Assembly: GCA_012295275.1 (NCBI GenBank)
Contig: CM022665.1
Coordinates: 35,712,001 to 35,776,000, forward strand
Direction of reading: 5' to 3'
Source: Chrysomallon squamiferum
Lineage: Eukaryota; Animalia; Mollusca
Length of the DNA stretch: 64,000 nucleotides
Part shown: one piece after another, positions 1 through 13,369 of the stretch
Layout: each line of letters opens with the position of its first letter
Numbering within the stretch: position 1 is the first letter of the stretch
The notes under the pieces: model-generated
Told to the model about the DNA's origin: nothing
Databases searched by the model: none
Seen by the model: only the letters and a program-made list of their open reading frames with translations
Made by a program: the position numbers and the translations under genes

Positions 1-1774
1 ACAAATAAATATACAAATGTGAAGAAAAAGACATTTAACATTTTATTGTTTATAGTTAAAGTATAATGTAAAATGTGTGATTTAGTTTTACATCATAAAT
101 ATACTTTACAATAAAATAATTTAATTAATCCACTAACAAAATCAGAGAATTTATGTTTAATAAATTATTATATTTGACACAAAATAGCTAAATGTGATGT
201 GCTATGTCATCATTTGGTTACTGATTGATAGAAAAGTTATTGAAAAATTGAAAAATAATAAAAATAAAAATATATAAGATCTACAGCTGTTGATACAATA
301 TATTTATTTTATGATTAAGCAGAGCACTATAAAAGAACTTGGCATAATATATATCTGTCATTTTTTGTAAACATATACTTGAATTTTAACAGTTACGTTT
401 TAAAAATAGTGTGGAGAAACTTAGTGAACCTCTTATTGTGTATGTTTACTTTGGACTATTTGCTAAGCATTTTTTGGACTATATCATATGTAGACAGTTA
501 TAATGGTTGCTTCCTAAAGTAGTGTAATGGTCATTTACTTTATTTATTTACATTTTAATGTTCTAGTACGTGTTTGTTTTCTGTTATTTGATGCTTCCAG
601 TCAAAAGTTTATTTTATATATTTCAGCAGTTTTATGTATTAAACATTTTCCTACATTTTTATTCTTAGTTTGAAAATTATGGTCATTTATTGGAGCATGC
701 TAACTATTTTTGAAAAAAAGATACTAAAATGTGCTAAAACAAACAAAATGATATGTTGAAATTGGTCACTTTTTTTGTTGTTTTTAATAACTGAAAAGAA
801 AAAAAAAACAATGAAAATTACAGTAATTTAATATGAAGTGAATTATAAATTTTGTTGGAAACAATAATCTTGAAATCTTAATGGAAAGTAAGTGACAACA
901 TTTTTGCTACTTGTTGAGTCTAAGGTGATGTTCTGATTGTTACAACAGCACACCCATGTCTTGTATAATGCTACATAAACATTTGGGATCTCTCAGAATA
1001 TTGATCTTCCACAAAAACTTTGCTTTGACCAGATTTGATAGAATTTCAAGTTGATGAGATTGTGCCTATTTTAGATTTATTGATTTCAAGATCTATAATT
1101 TTTTTTTTTTTTTTTTTATTGCAGTTAGAGTGGTGTGTTTCATAGTCCTGCAAATCATGGCCTACTGTTTTGTTTTTGTTGTTTTTTAAAAAGTATTGAT
1201 TGCATGTGGAGATCATGTATTTTTCATCCACTGTTTTTTCTTGCCAATCAGTTATTATGATTATTATTATTATTATTATTATTATGTTTAGTTGTTATTA
1301 TTATATTTTATTATTATTACATTTAATTATATGTTTCATCTTCAAAATTACATTTGTATATCCATCAATATGGTGGTTCTTTTCTTTATCTCAGATGCTG
1401 GATCTTCTTCTGAATTATTTACATTAATTAACACAGATGATTAATGAACTTTAATAAATTAATAAATATATTTTACTTCTATGTCAGTGGCTAACAATTA
1501 AATCCATTTATTTCAGTACAACTTTTTATATTATGCTTGGGATTCCTTATTTCAGAATACATTTTGAAATTGTGAAATAATGCAAGAATACAAATGGAGA
1601 GTGATTTGTTTTCTAGAATGGTGGTTTTAATGTCAAGTTTGATGATGAAAAAAAAGAAAGAAATTGTTTGATAAGTTGGTGACCATTTCATGTATTCTAG
1701 TTTAAAATCTACACTGTCAAACAGTGAGAAACTTTAAATGATTGTTGTTCAGTTTGGTTATATCTGCTGAATCA

Positions 1775-2058
1775 GGGTACGGAAAAAATGGCACTGGAAA
1801 AAATGGCACCAGGATGTATGTATGTATGTGTGTGCATATATATGTGTAAATGTGTAATATTAAACTCTGATATAATACTGTACTTTGTTAAGCTAAACCA
1901 AGTAGCTAAGTGAGGCTATATATTAATATATATGTATGTAACAGTATTGCATGAATAAACTTTATTTTCAAAATTACTTTAATTTTTTTTTTTAAAGCAA
2001 CTATACAGAAAAAATAAATAAAGTGCCTGTTTTTCCAGGTGCCATTTTTTCCTACAAC
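1775..2058. mobile_element. Small non-autonomous TIR element (MITE), MULE/Mutator-like, 284 bp
   Basis: Left end GGGTACGGAAAAAATGGCACTGGAAAAAATGGCAC is an imperfect inverted repeat of the right end (GTGCCTGTTTTTTCCAGGTGCCATTTTTTCCTACAAC). It has subterminal GGAAAAAATGGCAC repeats and is flanked by a 10-bp direct repeat with one mismatch, TGCTGAATCA (1765-1774) / TGCTGCATCA (2059-2068). A 9-10 bp TSD with G...C termini fits MULEs. Confidence 0.7.
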
Positions 2059-2740
2059 TGCTGCATCAGCCAATTAATAGATTTAACAAACTAGTTTCAG
2101 ATATTTTAGAATTCTAACAGATAAATAAAAGAGGATAAAAAGTTAGTTTTATTCACAAAACATTCAGTGTATTTTTTGAAATTTTTATTTTTTTATTTTA
2201 AAAAGGTTATTTTTAAAGGCTGTAGATGTGTTATTGGTTTTTTTTGTTTGTTTTTTTAAATATGATATTGTAAAGTGTTGTAAAAATATAAATAGCATCT
2301 TAACTGTGAAAGCAGTATTAACATACACTTTAATGATAGTTCAGTATTTTATTAGGGCTAACATCCCAAATATTTCATTATTAAATAAAGTTAATAAAAA
2401 CAGGCATATCAAAGACTCTTTCAAAAGTTTTTGCTTTTTTCTTCTTATTCTTGCTGTTTTAACTTTGGATACTAAATCAGAAATGCTTGCCAATGTTATT
2501 CATCTTAAATTTATGACAATTATTTTGATGAGAACTTTTTCAATATAATTGTCATAAAAGAAAACCTCACAAGTGCTTTGCAGTTTGCTTGCAATTAGTT
2601 CAATTGTTTGTCTGTGGTGGTCTTATAGTGAGATCCAATCACAGTCTGGAAGAAATAATAGAAGGGTCTGTTCTCCCTGTCTTAATCAATATACCATTAA
2701 ACAAGCTAGCAATCTCAGCATTATTGTTGAGGTATTTCAG

Positions 2741-5700
2741 ACAGGCAAGAACATGAATGCCTTTCATAAGTTAGTTCTTCAAGCTTTAAAAACTTCTAAA
2801 GGGTAAGTGCTAAAGACGTACATTAAACACATTATATTTCAGAGATTTTGTACTTCACTTGTTGATATTAGCTATAGATTCTGAAACATTAATTTAATTA
2901 GGTAGACTATGTGGAATGTACATGTGGCTTATGTCAGACATTATTTAAATTAGTTATAGAAACACCTTTTGAGTTCAGCAGCTCATGTTGCATCCATCAT
3001 TTTCCTTAACTAGCAAAATATCAGCAATATCCAGATTGTTCTCCCCATTATGACAGCTGTCTCAAATATGTATTTGTATTTCAGTTGCACCAACTTATCA
3101 GATGAAGAAATTGAAGTAAGTACATTTTTATTATGCATTTATTTAGAATTTTAGTTAAAGATGTGATTTATTTGTTAGTTTAGGTTAATGATATCACAAT
3201 TTATAAGCCTTTGAGATCTTTCAATGTGATAAGCAATACTTATGTGAAAAAAGATGATTTATTCAGTTATGGTAGCGTCTTTATTTTAGAGAAAGTATAT
3301 GCTTTTTGTTTTGATCAAATACAGTAATTCTTCTTTTTCCTCATTTATGTTTAATTTATTACAGAAGACAATCTTCATTCAGTTTAGTCTAAAAATAAAA
3401 TAACAAGTTTATGAAAAGAGATAGAGGTCTGATATTTTCCTGTTTAAAAAGCCAGTTTACAGATAGAAATGTTAAAATCAAACACACACAAAATATATAT
3501 CTCATTGCAACTGCCATTTCCTCAGTCTATCAGGGATTTTATATTTCCTGTTTACAAAATGATGTCAAAACTAATAAAATGTCTGCTTATTATTTTATTA
3601 AAATACTTTATTATTTTCAGCGTAAGGTCACTTGAATGATTTTACATTAGATTTTGATCTGATTGTATTTATTTTTGGTATTTTAAATAGACTAAGTTCC
3701 TGAGTCTATCTCTGGCCTTCAAAACAGACAAATTAACTCTAGAGCAGAGAAAAGAGATTCAAGAAAGGTCAAGGGACATTGCTGAAAAGAATGTGGACCA
3801 AGAACTACATGGCTTAAGGAATGATTTTGAGGTATGTGTGAAATCAGTTCATAAAGAAAAACAGATCTATATTAATTTTGTTGAAGCTGTTTCTGAATGA
3901 AAAATTCTCCTTTAGCTTTAATTATTTGATTCAAATTCATCTGTATTTCAGACATATTTCTTATCTCTCTACTGAATGACATTCAGAACTTTCATCTGGT
4001 TATCACATATATTTATAGGAATTGAAGAAACCAGTATACTAAAGTGTGGATTCAAACTGTTTATTTTCAGAAGTTAAATCAGCTTGTTACAGATAACAAT
4101 ATTCAAGAAATTGTTGCTAAAATGCAAAATCGTATTGATATTTTGGAACAAACAGCAGCTCGAGTCTCCAGTAGAGCTGAAGTATTTGGTGCTGTCCAGC
4201 AGGTATTTAATATATTGTTCACTGTTTAAATACATTATTCATTGTAAACCTTTCCATCTTATTTCAGTTTTAAATTTTTTTTCAGTTTTCACAAAATTCT
4301 GTGCAAGATATTTTCTCTTATACTAAATTATAATATACATGAAAATATAATATATTTGTTTTTGTAAAATGTTGCACTGAAAATTAATAGTAATTATTGA
4401 AAATGGTGCTTTGTCTGCAGTTATTAAGACACCTGTCATGAAATAGCAGAGCAATTTTAAAATAATAACAAGATTACACTCTGATTTTAAGATTCTTTTT
4501 ACTTTCCTTTATCTTATTTATTTGTTTATTGTAAAATGTAAAAAGGAGTAATAATTAATAACCAGAGAATTCTACAAATAAATGTCAGTACAAATATACT
4601 CTATCTTTTTGTAGGAGATGAGACTCAGTCGTGCAATGGAAGTAATGATTGCTCATGTTGAGAACGTTAAACGATCACACGAAAAAGATCGAACAGAACT
4701 TGAAGAGGCCAAGTGAGTTGATAAATTAACACTGTTTTTTCTTATTCCATATCTTTTCTGTTCACATATCACCTCTGTAAATGACAAAGATGATTAATGA
4801 TATCTGTATAAAAATTAATGTGAAAGATAATCACAATATAATATTTTTTTCATAAATTAATATCTCATTACTTTCATTATTTTGTTTTTAATTTTATTAG
4901 CCCTAATCACATATACATTGATGAAAAAGACTGTTAATTCAGATATTGTGTAAGAACAAAATATAATGAAAATTATTTGTTGCTGAATTGAAAATTCTTA
5001 AAAATGTATTCATATCTTTGTTGTTTTTGTTATTATTATTATTATTCGCAAAATAATTATTTAATTTCAGGAAACAGTTAGTGGAAAAGTCTTTTGGCAG
5101 CAATTTTACAGAAATAGGTAATATCATTAGCCAATTGTTATTGAACAATCTATAAATTTTACAAATTTAATAGGAGAAAATTAATTTTTAAATATGATTG
5201 GGAAATATTTTATATTAGTAAACAATAGTGTTTCAAAATAAAGAAGAGAGTTTATTAGACGAAAGTCCTATTATATGTTTTTTATTGTTGTAATTTGGGA
5301 TATTTATTTATTTTAATTAAAAATAGTGTTTTATTTTCTATATTTTTATAAATTAAAAATGAGAGTTTAATTATTTTTGTCCAGGTTCTAAAAGGTCCAT
5401 GTCTGTGTGTGGATTGAATGCTCCTCTAAAAGTAAGTTTTCATTAATTTTTGTGTTTTATAGCTCATTTGATTAAGAATGAATTTAATCAAAATAATAAT
5501 GCTGACAATATATAAAATATTACAATGGTTATATATTAGTCTTTCCTTAAAGGTGATGATGGAAGAGTAAAATAGTTTGTTGTTACTGCTCAGAATTGGA
5601 ATGTTTTTTATCATTGGTGAATTTTTAAACCTTTTATGAAATAAGATCATCATAATGTAATAAATTTGGTTGTAAATATTTTATAGCACATTAAAACATA

Positions 5701-8700
5701 CTTGTGGAAATTTCTTTTTTTATATATATAATTTTTAATCCAGTTCACAATTACAATTATTAATACAAAAGTGTTAGAAACAAAAATCATGAATTACTCA
5801 TATACATTTTGCCTTAGGCTAATGAAAAGTTGCACAAGTAAGTATATTTAATGTGGGTAAACTCCTTTTTTATGATATTATTATTTGCTGATTTAACAAG
5901 CCTCTTTTCATGTGTACATTAACCTTGTCCTTTTTTTTTCTTTCACAAAACTATTTCTAAGTAGTTTCATGTAATGCTTTTGTAATGAAAATACTAGTTT
6001 TTTTTATATATGTATATAGTTCTATTTTTATTCATTTGTGCATATTTCTGTATCTGTCACATCTTACGCAGTGGAGCCTATTTTTTAATGGGGGAAGTGG
6101 TTTGATTGTTTTAAGAATATTGTGTTAGAGAACATACTGAGAAATGGGTCAAAAAAATTGTTTAGACAAAATTTTTAATAAATACATCATGGTACTTGAA
6201 TATTCATTTGTATTTATTCGCAGAAACAACATGAAAGACGTCTGGTAATTTGTTTTTTGTAACCAAAGTTTGCTTTGGAACTGAGTGGCACTGTTTTTAC
6301 CTTTTCATTTAAAACATATTTAATTTGACCACTTATGTAATCATAAAAGTTAAACATACCTACATTACAAATCCTTAATAATGTTGTATTAAGCTAAAAA
6401 GTAATGATAATATAATCTAAACAATGTATATAAATATTTATAACATTATTATAATATTAGAATTTAATTTTTAACTTCTTAAAATTATTTCAGGCATTAA
6501 GGATTTTTTAAATTCTAATTTTTTACAACAGAACCAAAAAGAAATAATATATAAAATATCCAACATTCCAGTAAAAATTGTTTTTATTCACTCAATATAA
6601 CATTAAATAATTTAATTAATTTTGTATTATATGGTCCATGAATACACATTTCCTATTTACTTTCTTTTTTTACATTTTGTTTTATTTTGGATTTTTGCAC
6701 TTTTCTTTCAAAAATGTCACATATACATTTGCTTACAGCATATGTTTTGTTTTTTAATATTCAAGATTGTACATTTAATGTGAAGAAATGTCCTGAAATA
6801 CTGTGTTCAGTAATCCACTTTTCTGTTTATTTAATTTCAATGTTATTTATTTAATTATTATGCTGAAGTTGATCATATTTAGGATAATGGTGGTGATAAT
6901 GATAAAAACAATAGAAACAGAAAACTCATTTTGGTATTTTATTTTGTAAATCACAGTTACCCCAGCGCAGTAGGTCTCCCAGCCCCATATCAAGGTACAA
7001 GGTACACAGCCTAGAATTTTATGTGCGTTGCCCCTAGGGTGACAAGAATGTTATGAAGATTAGTTTTATGTGTTGTTTGGTGGTGATTAATCTACCCAAA
7101 ATAATATTGAAGCAAATAATATTGTTTTAAATTATTAAGTGTTTTTCACTTTAATAGCTAAAGTATAATATTTTATATTTTATTTATTTATTTGTTGTAT
7201 AAAATTTTATATTTTATTTATTTATTTGTTGTATAATATTTTATATTTTATTTATTTATTTGATGTCTTTTGTTTTTATTATATACATGTATATATAAAA
7301 CAGCATTTTCAGAAATAGTTTAATGTTTTCACTAGGATTTATTTATTTTTCAATATTTTAAAATTCCAGTTTGTTTTATTCAGAACCTGAAATATGATAA
7401 AGAATTGGTTTAGTGTCATTTTATTTACTACTTCAAATTTGTTTTTTCTCTTTTTTTCCCTTTTTCATTCTATAAAACACTGAAAAAAATGTTCTTCAAA
7501 ATTGTTTTGGGTAGTGCATCAGCAATATGATTTTTGTATGAAGGGTCTGGTTAACAGAAAAGATGAATTACATTAATGGCATGGTGTATTTTAGTAATGG
7601 TTCTAGATGAGTGATTTTAGGAAATCTGTAGAACAATTTGTTTAGGGAATTCCAAGCTTCTGTCTGCAGTTTTTCTTATTGTGTGGATTGCAGCTCTTTA
7701 CTTTTTTATTTTTCATAGCTTATGCTCATTTGTTTCCATCTTAACTGGACTAGCTGTATCTCTGCATTTATTATTATAAATGAAATAATAATGGATAGCT
7801 AGAAAATATCAACAGATCTTTTTTTTATTTTATTTTTTAATATTTGTTTTTAAAAACCCAGAGAAGGATAATAAAAGGAAATAACATATGTTCTATAATG
7901 TCTTCATTGATCAGTAACATGTTTTGTTTTGTCTTTCCACATTTTTCATTTTTATTCAATTTTATTTTATTTTATTTTATTAGTTTTTGACTGGCTAAAA
8001 ATAATTTATGTTGCCTCAGTCTGAAACAGCAAGCATTTATTTTGTGAACAGAACAATATAAACATTTCAATTTTGAATCATTGAAAAAAAAAGTTTTTCC
8101 ATCCAGTCATTTTTATAGCAAAACTTAGATTAACAAGCTGCTTTAAGCTTTTTATTTATAGTAGTAATCAGTTAGTTTTAGGTGTGCCTATCCAGTGTAT
8201 AGAATAATTAGTTGTATTACTATCCTTTCATTAAACTTGCTCTTTCTAGACAAGACGCAGAAGTGAAATAGTCCTGCCACGCATGTTGGGTGGATCAGGA
8301 TGTGCCACCCTCCAACATTCTGCTTCTCTGGTAAGGTTGCTAAATTAATGATTTATTTTCTTCTTAAAGTCCGTAATTTTCATCTTAAAGTGAAGAATAC
8401 AAATTACCATTCATTTTGTCTTCATAATATATAACAAAACGAACAAAAAACAAAATTAAAAATAAATAAATAAATAAATTTTAAAAAAACATAGGATTTT
8501 GTTTTAACAAAATATGCTTTTAGTATAAACACCAATTACTAAAACATTGTCCCGCAAAAAAATAAAATAAAAAATAAAATAAAATAAAACAAAACAAAAC
8601 AAAATAAAATAAAATAAAAAGTTCATGAAATAACATTTAGTGTAAAATTATTACCCTTTGTATGATTAGATGCATGAGGTATGTACCTTAGCATTGCTTT

Positions 8701-9738
8701 GCATGTGCAATTTCTATATGCATGTTAGTTCTAGATTATAATCTCTATGGCAATTTCTTTCTAGACTTTAAATATGTTATTTATATGATTACTTTAACAC
8801 ACACAGACACACACACACACACATAATTTTTTTTAAATAATTCTCTGGATTATTTTCTATAACATAACCATGATGATTTTTATACTGTGTCATTACATTA
8901 AATGGGATACAAAAGAGTTAAATTATTTGATTATTTTTTAAGATAATTCCATCTATTTTCTTTTAAACAACAAATGAAAACACTAACACATCATCATAGT
9001 TGTTTAAAAAGCTGCAATATTGAGATTGGTGTGCTAAAATATTTGGTTCTACTTTGCACCCTACATAATGAAGTCATCCTTTGAGAATTGAAGTTCGTGT
9101 CAATCAAATCATTATGCACTACCACTAGACCATTGTCTCATTGCAGACACAAAAAGTGTCTGCCCATTGTTATCCAACTGTTTTGAGGAAGTGACACTTT
9201 GAAAAGAAAAGACATGTGTGAACTTTAATTTCAGCATGATATACCTGCCACCCAAACACAAAGGCTTTCTTTCAATTACAGTGATATGCTACCCCCTGTT
9301 AAGGCATGCTTCTGTATTCAGCCTCAATTAGTTTACTGTTGAAAAAAAAATGACTGAATGCACTACAATTACTAGTATCAATTGCCTCAGTCCAGACCTG
9401 TCACTATACTTCAGAGAATTGTTTCTTTTTGTTTATCATTTGTATTGTGGGTTTAGGTGTGTTTTGAAGAGAATATTAACATGGGTTATTTTCCTCCCTT
9501 TTCTCTAATTTTGTGGGTGGGGGTATTTATATTTGATTTGATTTGATTTATTTATTTAATTTATCGTTGAATATATTTTTATATTCAGATAAGGTAGAAT
9601 GATTTATTACATAACAGCTCATAATTTTATATCAATATAATTTTATAAGCTTGCTATCTTTAGGATAATTAGGATCGTTTAAAGCAAAATAAAAATTAAT
9701 GAAATATACAAGTCATTTGTTCTCTGACATCAAAGTTG

Positions 9739-9774
<36 letters not shown>

Positions 9775-12700
9775 GGTAACTTCCATTAAGTAATGTGATC
9801 TAATTATTTTCTGAAGAAAGATATACGATATTGCAGAGTTCAGTAATAATTACACAGTAACTGCATAAGAATTCTATAAAAGAATATATCTGAAACAAAT
9901 ATTTGCATTATCTCACTAAATTAATACAGATTTAGATTGACCTAAGAACTATGGGAACTGCAGTCTGTAATAAAACAAAAAGACAAATTAATTTGACAGA
10001 TTTCTTACTTCTGCAATTTAATGTAGCAGAATTTTATACTAACAACACTTATAGCTATAGTATAATCACTAGAATTTGCAGTGTTATCTTATTGCATGCA
10101 TGTTTCATAGGATCTCGTGGAGTACACACCCAAGCTAGGATTTAACAATATGACTGAGGAGGAGGAGGTGAGTTTTGCATGCTCAGAGCTATCAGTGGTG
10201 GACTGATGATTAAAATAACGGTACATGGATTAAAGATTTTGTTTGCAATATAATAATGTTGATAACATTTATGAGTGGAAGAAGATACTGTTGATGAATA
10301 AAGAAATGTAGTAATTTGTAAGAAGTAGTAGAAAATCATGCATTTTTCAGTCCACCTGTGATAGTTTGTCCATGATTTTTCTTAGAAACTTAAATATTAA
10401 ATACATAATTAAAACAAGAAAATAGCATTTACAGATTGATAGTTATCATATTGTTGTATACTTTTAATATTATTTAAGATGGCAGTGAAGTTAGTAGATT
10501 TTATTTCTTCAGTAATTTTACATAGTTTTCCAAATGGATTTACATATTCTTTCAGAGTTTATTAATCAGTCTTAGGAATAACAATATAGTTATTCTTTTA
10601 TAGATAGTTTCATCTGAAAAGTACTAATTAATTTCGTTTTCATGTCTAAGTCAAATGTGTTAACTTCTTTCTTTAAGAAATTATAAGAAAATTGTTGGCA
10701 TTTTTTTCAGAATTAATGATATTCAATGTATATAAAAATATTTACACCGTGTTTGTCTTCTTTGATGATTTTTATTTTTTGTACAGAATACTACTGATAA
10801 TTTTATATAAATATTTCATAAAGCTTGCCTATTTGCTGGATATTTTAAATGTTTAGTTTAGATTGTGTATAATCAGTGTTTTTGTATTTAACATTTCACA
10901 ATGTAATAATGGTTTATGCACCAACAAACCTTGTAATAATTTGCATGACAGTCTAATAGAGTAGTGAACAGAACATTTGTATAAATTTGTAATTTGCTTT
11001 TATTAACATCTCACTCTAATCTGAAATATTTTGAAATGTTGGTATACAAATGGAATTTTGGGGGAATTGATGTCATACAGATGCATAAATTGGCTTGAAA
11101 GATTTAGGTTTTACTTCTTTTGTTATTTTATTGCATGTGTGATGTTGTCTTGGTTTTAAATAAATTTTAAAATATATCTATGTTAAAGGATTCATTATTG
11201 TAAGTATTAGCTGAATGCATAGGATAACTGGTTTATTTATAAGATGGAATATATTTCATTAGTGGCAAAAATTTAATTATATTAAAGTGGCAGGGAAGAA
11301 TATTATATGTTTTAATTAAACAGATTATTTGTTATTATTGATGTAACTGTAACAATTGTTAAAGGTTAATTAAAGATTGTCAGAATAATCTCAAATGTAT
11401 TTTCATCATGTTAGTATTTCAATGTAATAGCTATATAGGTTTAAAATGTTTATATACTTAATATTTCTGGCAGTCACCTTAAACTGGACTAAAACACAGT
11501 GTAAATATCAAATTTTACCAAGTTATAGAATTATCAAATATTCAAAAAATAAATTTTTTGTCAATCTCTTTTATAGATGTATCATTATTTTAATCCTTTT
11601 ATGTCAAAATTAAAAAGTAGCATTAAATTGTTTGAAATTAAGAATATAAAAACATTTAATAAATTATTTTTATTATTAAAATTGTATTGAAAATATAAAA
11701 ATGTGGACTAAAATTCTTCTTTGCTAAAACAGTGAAATGCAGTTAGAGCTGACAACAAAAATATTATTTGCACATTATTTTATGTTTAGTAATGAATATT
11801 ATATTTTGTTGTAGGATCCTAGACAACGGTTTCAAGCTGCTGTAGCTAGTACTTCAGTCCAAAATGCTGTAACAACCTCTTTAAAGAAAGCTTCAATAGA
11901 GCGCCAGAATGCTATTACATCACAGTCTTCTCTGTCCAGAGAAAACTCAACACTTTCAAGAGAAAATTCGTCTGAAATGTAAGATCAGTCTAATTAGAAT
12001 TTATAAATGCTTTTTCTTCATTTTAATATTACATGTATTAAAACATGTATTTTGTCTGTTTCCAAACTGTTCTGAAAGTGTTATCAGATCTTCATAAAAT
12101 TAACTAATGTTATATTTTGACAGAAAATTAGATGACTTATTATCCGTAAAAACCTAAATATTGGTTTAGTTTTATGTTGTTTTTTGTTCCTCTATACATT
12201 TTATTGATTGTATAAAATCATTTCTAATTTCTTATTTTAATTTCATAATTTATTTTCAAACTCATTACATTTTAATGTTGAAATATTTTTTCATATTGTT
12301 ACTGCAGAGCTAAAGAACAGGGTGGCAGTTCGGCATCCCCAAGCAAGCAAAGCTCTCAGGAAGAGGAAGCATATCAGAAAGGGTAAGTTTCTTTTGCTGT
12401 CTGATTAGATGAGACAATAGAGGTAGTAATATAGTTTGTATTTAATTCATTACTCATATTTAATAACATACCTTAGTGCATTTATCAGTGATGTTAATAA
12501 TTTTTAACACTTTTATTTATTTATTAGTATGATTATTTATTTTATTATTATTATTTTTTTATTTTTATTTTTATTTTTTTTTTTTTTCATTGTTTAGTTA
12601 TGAGGATGGAATAAAAACTAAGCTTGGGAAAGAACTAAATGAGCTAAAAGAACAGCAAAATACAATTGGTAATAATATTGAGGAAGTCATGGAAAAAATA

Positions 12701-13299
12701 GAAAAATCTGAAGAGGAAGAATTTCAAGAGTAAGTTATCCCTGATTATTACATGAAGTTCAAGTTATTTTGGTTAATAAACATATATTTGTTAATAATGG
12801 CAATTATTAGATGTCATACACCGTAAATGGATTAAAATTCAATGATATATTTCTTGTGTAATGATATAGTAAAGAACCAAAGAAATAATGAAAGAAAATA
12901 TCCACCAATTCATGCGTAACCTACTTTTACTGAATAATCACCCTTCTTTAGACAGGGAAGCACATACTGTTGTATTTGATTATCCATAGGTGGGAAACTG
13001 TCTCTCTTTATAAAAAATATATAATAAAAACAAAAGTAATAATGATGAATTTAGAATAAATCTTTTTATTCATTTTTTTCAGAAGAAACGAAAGTTCTGT
13101 CACTCGAATAATCAGTGAGTTCCAGGAGACTGTGTTGTCAGTGTCATTAGAACATCCAATGTACACACTGCGCTTCATAGTGGCTTGCACTATTTTTATA
13201 ATTGCTGTTTACATGGTTATTCTAACCTTTCTGACTGGCACAGCGAGAGGAATGGAGATTCATATGCGTCATCATTACTATGGAATGCCACCTGTGTGA
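2741..13299 (+). CDS. IRAG/LRMP (Jaw1)/MRVI1-family IP3-receptor-associated coiled-coil protein with C-terminal TM and KASH-like tail; multi-exon, 5' end uncertain
   Basis: Phase-consistent GT-AG exons: 2741-2802 (uncertain; ATG at 2753), 3085-3115, 3691-3831, 4071-4202, 4615-4712, 5071-5117, 5385-5431, 8250-8330, 10111-10167, 11815-11978, 12308-12382, 12598-12729, 13083-13299 (TGA); total 1284 nt. Translation includes [82 protein letters not shown], RRRSE and EEEAYQKGYEDG, all recognisable IRAG1/LRMP motifs. It ends FIVACTIFIIAVYMVILTFL-TGTARGMEIHMRHHYYGMPPV*. Confidence 0.88.
7163..7265. repeat. AT-rich tandem repeat, about 32-bp unit, 3 copies (intronic)
   Basis: GTATAATATTTTATATTTTATTTA(T)TTATTTGTT repeated three times with small variations. 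Confidence 0.7.
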
Positions 13300-13369
13300 A
13301 GAAAAAAAAAAAAAAGCTGAAAATCATAGCAGATAGGTGTTATAAAAGTATATAAGAATATAACTTTTT

